Source of the DNA: Eledone cirrhosa
Lineage: Eukaryota
Reading direction: 5' to 3'
Assembly: GCA_964016885.1 (NCBI GenBank)
Contig: OZ024751.1
Location: forward strand, 24,056,001-24,120,000
DNA: 64,000 nucleotides
Numbering within the stretch: position 1 is the stretch's first letter; each line of letters begins with the position of its first letter. This document shows, piece after piece, positions 57,979-64,000 of the stretch. The notes under the pieces were generated by a model, which ran no database searches, was not told the origin of the DNA, and worked only from the letters and a program-made list of their open reading frames with translations. The translations under genes and the position numbers were made by a program.

Positions 57979-58235
57979 TTATTATTATTATTTTGCTAGA
58001 CACGTCTTTCCCCAGCTCGTCTCCTTGACGGAGATGCAGTCCTGGGTCAAGCGAAGACCGAGAGGGAGCGCTTGGAGACTGAAATGTTTTCAGCCCTCGA
58101 CCAATCGGGCAATGTGATCGGTGGAAACTCCACCTTCGCGTTCTATAGAGGATTAGTGGAGGGGAAGAGCGACGACGTACTCGGAGAAACTCTAGGCATC
58201 GACGAAAATCAACTAGCCAATCTCTTCGGAAGGAC

Positions 58236-58267
<32 letters not shown>

Positions 58268-58557
58268 CAGTATAATTTAAAATTCAAGTGTACAGATAAT
58301 GGTAGTTTATGAAGAAACATTTCCAGCGCACGGTGGGTGATGTTCACACAATACTGCACAATTAGTGAAATGCTAAGTGGTGTATATCCTGTCATCGGCG
58401 ATTCTATATAGCTAACTGACACATAAAGATATCTCAAGCAGAAATTATTTAATTACTGAATATAGCATTAAAGTATTGGTAGTAACGCCTGTTCACCTTC
58501 TATCCTGATTATTAGCGTACTGAATAGATTCTGAACAAATTCAATATTTATTAATAA

Positions 58558-58745
58558 TAATTGTTTTCTACTTTTGGCACAAGGCCAGCAAATACCCAGT
58601 GCATTACTGGTACTTTATTTTATCGACGCCGTAAGGATGAACGGCAAAGGTAACCTCGGTGGGATTTGAACTCAGAATGGCAAGGGCCGTTACTCTAATC
58701 ATCAAAGCATGGTGTACAACACGCTACCGATACTGCCAATCCACG
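58558..58745 (-). mobile_element. SINE, short subfamily
   Basis: Matches the family consensus. Confidence 0.85.
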
Positions 58746-59368
58746 AATGAAGACATAATTTAGTGGGTAAGATGTTCGCTTTTCATTCAGGGAATGGAGA
58801 GTTGAATCACAATTTCTAGAGTTTTTACTGTAACCTCGGGTTGAGACCTGGTTAGATGAAATATGTGCCAGACGGATTGTACCGGCAACCTTCGTTTTAC
58901 CGGAAGTGTTCAGCGCCCAAAGCAATATATTTTAATTCTTTAGTTATATCTATTTACAAACCGAACTTAAACTCTGTCGAGGTGAAAATTGTCCTCCTGG
59001 GGTGTCGATAAAATAAAATATCAATCAAGTATTAGAGTTGATTTAATCAATTTGCCCATATGCTAAAATGGCTGACCTTCTACCTAAATTATAAATCAAT
59101 ATTGTATGTTGAGCTGAGTTCAAATCCTGTCGATGTTAACTTTATCTTTCTTCTTCCTGTGGTACCAGTCGTGCACATAGGTGTATATAATCCTCATATA
59201 CATGACTCAAAGTTGCTGGCCTCGTGCCTAATCAGAATTAAATCATAAAAACTCTTGGTTCATAAAATATAGTAGTACTAGTCATGCACACGGGTTTATA
59301 TAATCCTCATATGCCTGACTCAAAATTGATGGCCTCGTGGCTAATTTGAAATCAATATTAGAATATCA

Positions 59369-59562
59369 GGGGCGGTGGCTTGGCAGTATCGGTAGAGGGT
59401 CTGACGCCATGCTTTGTAGCAAAGAGTTACGACCCTTTATAGTCTGAGTTCAAATCCCGCCGAGGTTAACTTTGCCTTCCATCCTTATGGGGTCGATAAA
59501 ATAAAGTGCCAGTAATGTACTGCTTAATTGCTGGCCTTGTGCCAAACGTAGAAACAATTATT
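59369..59562 (+). mobile_element. SINE, short subfamily (older degraded copies lie at 58960-59360)
   Basis: GGGGCGGTGGCTTGGCAGTATCGG...GAGTTCAAATCC...GGTCGATAAAATAAAG...TAGAAACAATTATT. Confidence 0.87.
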
Positions 59563-59906
59563 TTTAATTGAAATAAATGTTTAAACACGTAATCTATTGG
59601 ACCCCCATCGGTTTCGACGACGGGTGTTTCAAATGCTTAAACAATGTAACAGACTGCCATTGAAATTAACAAGATTGCGTCTGAAGATATTATACACTCG
59701 GGAACACTTAGTGTCTTCTCAGGGAGATTTAACGTTACACATTGCGGAACAATGTTGGCTCTTTGAAACATTTTTTTTCAGTCCAGTGGAGTGGAGTAAC
59801 GTGAAATAAAGTACCTTGTTCCCATGTGTGTGTGTGCGCGCGTATGTGTTTGTGTGTGTGAGTGTGTGTGTGTGTGTGTGAGTGTGTGTGTGTGCGTGTG
59901 TTTGCG

Positions 59907-60131
<225 letters not shown>

Positions 60132-60235
60132 TTACGCAAACACACGCACATATATAAATATATATGTAGATAAATATATATATGTAGATAAATCTATATA
60201 TGTAGATAAATCTATAAATATATATATATATATAA

Positions 60236-60505
<270 letters not shown>

Positions 60506-60508
60506 CAC

Positions 60509-60557
<49 letters not shown>

Positions 60558-60577
60558 CATATATCTATATATATATG

Positions 60578-60709
<132 letters not shown>

Positions 60710-60725
60710 ATATAGGTATATATAT

Positions 60726-60955
60726 ATATACATATATTTATATACCAGTGGTTTCTTGGAATGTTGGAGCTGTTTAAACGAAGTATTTCCCTCGAAAAGG
60801 TACAGGAAAAAAGAGTGCTCTATGTAGGCTACAGAGCTTATTAGTTATCTAAATGAAATAATTATGTGTTGTTGTTTATTACATAACTAATAAGCTCTGT
60901 AGCCTATATAGAGCACTCTTTTTCCCCGTACTTTTCCGACGGAAATACTTCATTT
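60726..60955. mobile_element. (TA)n-embedded foldback insertion with tail; no hammerhead seen
   Basis: Arms ~60775-60848 and ~60883-60955. Confidence 0.6.
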
Positions 60956-61427
60956 ATATATATATATATATATAAAATATATTGTAAAACAATATTGGTA
61001 ATATTTATACATTCGCTTTACTTCATTGATAGTGTATAATTAACAGCTCTACAATATAGGATATGTCTTTTGCCGTTGATAATTGATTACAACTGCATAT
61101 ATAATCAGTACCATCAATCATATAAAGACAATATATGCAGCTAATACTGAATATTTATATATTAATATATTACCAACGTAAAACTATTAAAACAAGATCG
61201 TAATAAATGGCGGCTGATAAATGGCGGATGATAAATAATTAGATACTTAGTCATATACACACATGTGTGTATATATGAACACATGTGTATGTGAACACAT
61301 ATGTGTATGTGAACACACGCACACAGCAACCCACTATGAGACGTATACACACACATACACACACACACATATATATGTGTGTATGTGTGTGTAACTATGG
61401 ATATATATTTATGTATACATATATATG

Positions 61428-61460
<33 letters not shown>

Positions 61461-61465
<5 letters not shown>

Positions 61466-62175
61466 AAATGTGTGTAATCCTTGGTACAGTTAGGTATATT
61501 AAGATAAGGGGGAAGAAAAAATGGCTTCACTTGTGCTTTCAACAAATTTATTTTCTTCACAAAATCCAAAAAGAATTTTTCTTAAAAAAAATTATTTTAT
61601 AAATTAAGTTGTTGGTTGTTGGTTAGGTCTTAGGAGTTCTTGGTTAACGTAGGAGGTATTGTTTCGTTTTTAGAAAGACCTTTCACGCTGAGGTGCGCTT
61701 GTCAAACTCATGTGTATGTGGTGTGTTGTTCTATATATAGGGATTTAACATGTCTGTGGTGTGGTGGGGGTTTCTTTTCTCCCCCTTTAATAAGTGCATG
61801 GGTGTAGGTGTGTTGAAAAAGTGTTCATAGCAGTAATGAGTTGAGACGGTGAGTAGGGTTGGGTGGGGAGAAATGTAGCAAGTGCGGCCTGCCCCTGTCA
61901 TTCTCGAAAAATTCCTTTATTCAGGGGAAAAAGCTTTTAGCATTGCTTTTGTGTTGAGAATGGTCACGGGCAAATCGCACCTGTCAAGTTTGTGAATAAT
62001 TATTTTTTTCTTTCTTTCCTGAAGAATTTTTTAACCAAGAACTCCTAAGACCTAACCAACAACCAACAACTTAATTTATAAAATTATTTTTTTTAAGAAA
62101 AATTCTTTTTGGATTTTGTGAAGAAAATAAATTTGTTGAAAGCACAAGTGAAGCCATTTTTTCTTCCCCCCTATC

Positions 62176-62180
<5 letters not shown>
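61461..62180 (-). mobile_element. Family F element (G-like) with inverted arm and a possible U3:A8 hammerhead at 61671-61710
   Basis: Arms ~61498-61647 and ~62031-62180. TTGACAA-GCGC(acctca)GCGT-GAAA-GGTC-TT with a weak stem I. Confidence 0.7.
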
Positions 62181-62258
<78 letters not shown>

Positions 62259-62595
62259 GTGTGTTTGTGTGTGCGCGCGTGTGTGTGTGTGTGTGTGAGT
62301 GTGCATACGTGAGTGTGTGTGTGAAAGGTAGACGGAATCAACAAAGCAAACAATACAGTACAATAAGTCAACGTTACGAATTCTAGTCCCAGATAGACAA
62401 GACTTAACATTTTGTATCATATATATATAGTATAAAAGAAAAAACACAGGTAGGCATTTTCTCTTTTATACTTTATACTCCAAGATTGAACGGAATTCTT
62501 ACAAACTTGTGGAGTTACCCCGTTGAAACAGTTCATGAAACTGGGTTTCTTAACCACGAACTGGATCACAATTAGCAATTTTCTGCTTCCCTAAC

Positions 62596-62627
<32 letters not shown>

Positions 62628-62924
62628 TATTATCGGATTTACAGAAACCTAGTGAAGATGTTATATAATATTATGTAATATGTCCATGATGGTCAAGGTA
62701 ACAGTCAAACTTTTCCCTGAGTCGGTTTTTTTCGTCGTTATGCTCCTAGCGGCTCGCTTTTCGGTCGCTGGCTTCAAATTTGCATAGCTGTCTAAACGTA
62801 ATGTTATAACTCTAAGGTAAAATTCCTTATTGAGTGCTTTTGGCTGCAGTTCCCGACAGCATTCATTAGCTTGCCCGCAACCAGAGCTTCGATTATTCTG
62901 TACTACCTTCTTATATATATATAT

Positions 62925-63220
<296 letters not shown>

Positions 63221-63542
63221 GTGTGCGTCTGTGTGCGTGTGTGTGTGTCTGTGTGTGTCTGTGTGTGTGTGTGCGTGTGTGTGCTTGTGTGTGTGCGTGT
63301 GTGTCTGAATTTTTATTCGATTTCCTTGGTATAGTTTGATTTTTCTCTAAATGTCTATCGTCAGTTCCAGCAATCACTCACTAGACGCATTTGTTCCAAT
63401 AACCAATAGTTTCGATTCAATACTACATATTTAAGAATTCAGTCGGCATTCATCCATCAAATTGATGTAATAGTCTTCGATTCTGTTTATAATATACCAT
63501 TTCCATTAACCCTTCAATTTCAGCCCAAAGCTAACAATGTGG

Positions 63543-63585
<43 letters not shown>

Positions 63586-63588
63586 TGT

Positions 63589-63717
<129 letters not shown>

Positions 63718-63747
63718 TATATGTATATACATATATGTATATATATA

Positions 63748-63916
63748 TGTCGATTTAAAACTGCACTATCCACAAGTGTTTTTAACCTTCATATCATGTC
63801 CTCCTATTTTATCTGATGAAAACAAAAATATTATTGCATGATGATATTTGTTTTTGAAATGCGCATAATAAAATACATGGAACTCATTTAACCATCTTTT
63901 GATCTTATATATTATG
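63748..63916 (+). mobile_element. Family B tail-less copy
   Basis: Same 5' end as the copies at 24460 and ~14632; flanked by (TA)n. Confidence 0.85.
63805..63875 (+). ncRNA. Minimal type I hammerhead, family B
   Basis: TATTTTAT-CTGATGA-AAACAAAAATATTAT...ATGATATTTGTTTTT-GAAA-TGCGCA-TA-ATAAAATA. Confidence 0.9.
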
Positions 63917-63940
63917 TATATATATATATGTATATATATG

Positions 63941-64000
<60 letters not shown>

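Noticed and set aside
62478-62555. AACGG...CCGTT-GAAA-CAG...CTG hammerhead-like half
   Set aside because: No CUGANGA and no UH at the expected position.

Overview
AT-rich, microsatellite-dense eukaryotic DNA. The repeat landscape ((TA)n runs, tRNA-derived SINEs, RTE/Tx1/R4-like LINE debris) suggests a mollusc such as an octopus; this is inferred, not confirmed. The only credible protein-coding gene is a single-coding-exon class A orphan GPCR (34018-35004, +) that lacks canonical DRY and NPxxY motifs. Nearly all other ORFs in the track are microsatellite or transposon artefacts. The main signal is the set of short (100-700 bp) islands inside (TA)n runs. They fall into about 10 sequence families, and most fold by hand into type I hammerhead ribozymes (stem I - CUGANGA - stem II - GAAA - short or palindromic stem III - UH - stem I); more than 20 motifs were found on both strands. 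Many insertions consist of a main copy with a 3' tail plus an inverted, truncated second copy ending at a fixed boundary. This is the layout known for Penelope-like retroelement pseudo-LTRs and retrozymes. Several families carry non-canonical cores (U3:A8 swap, U4A, G8A, one-nt insertion), and one is a ~460-bp directly repeated unit that could form a circular RNA. Other content: CRE-, R4/Dong-, RTE- and Tx1-type LINE fragments, two SINE families, a 166-bp and a 151-bp tandem array, and a few MITE-like remnants. All folds and alignments were done by eye; element boundaries are approximate.
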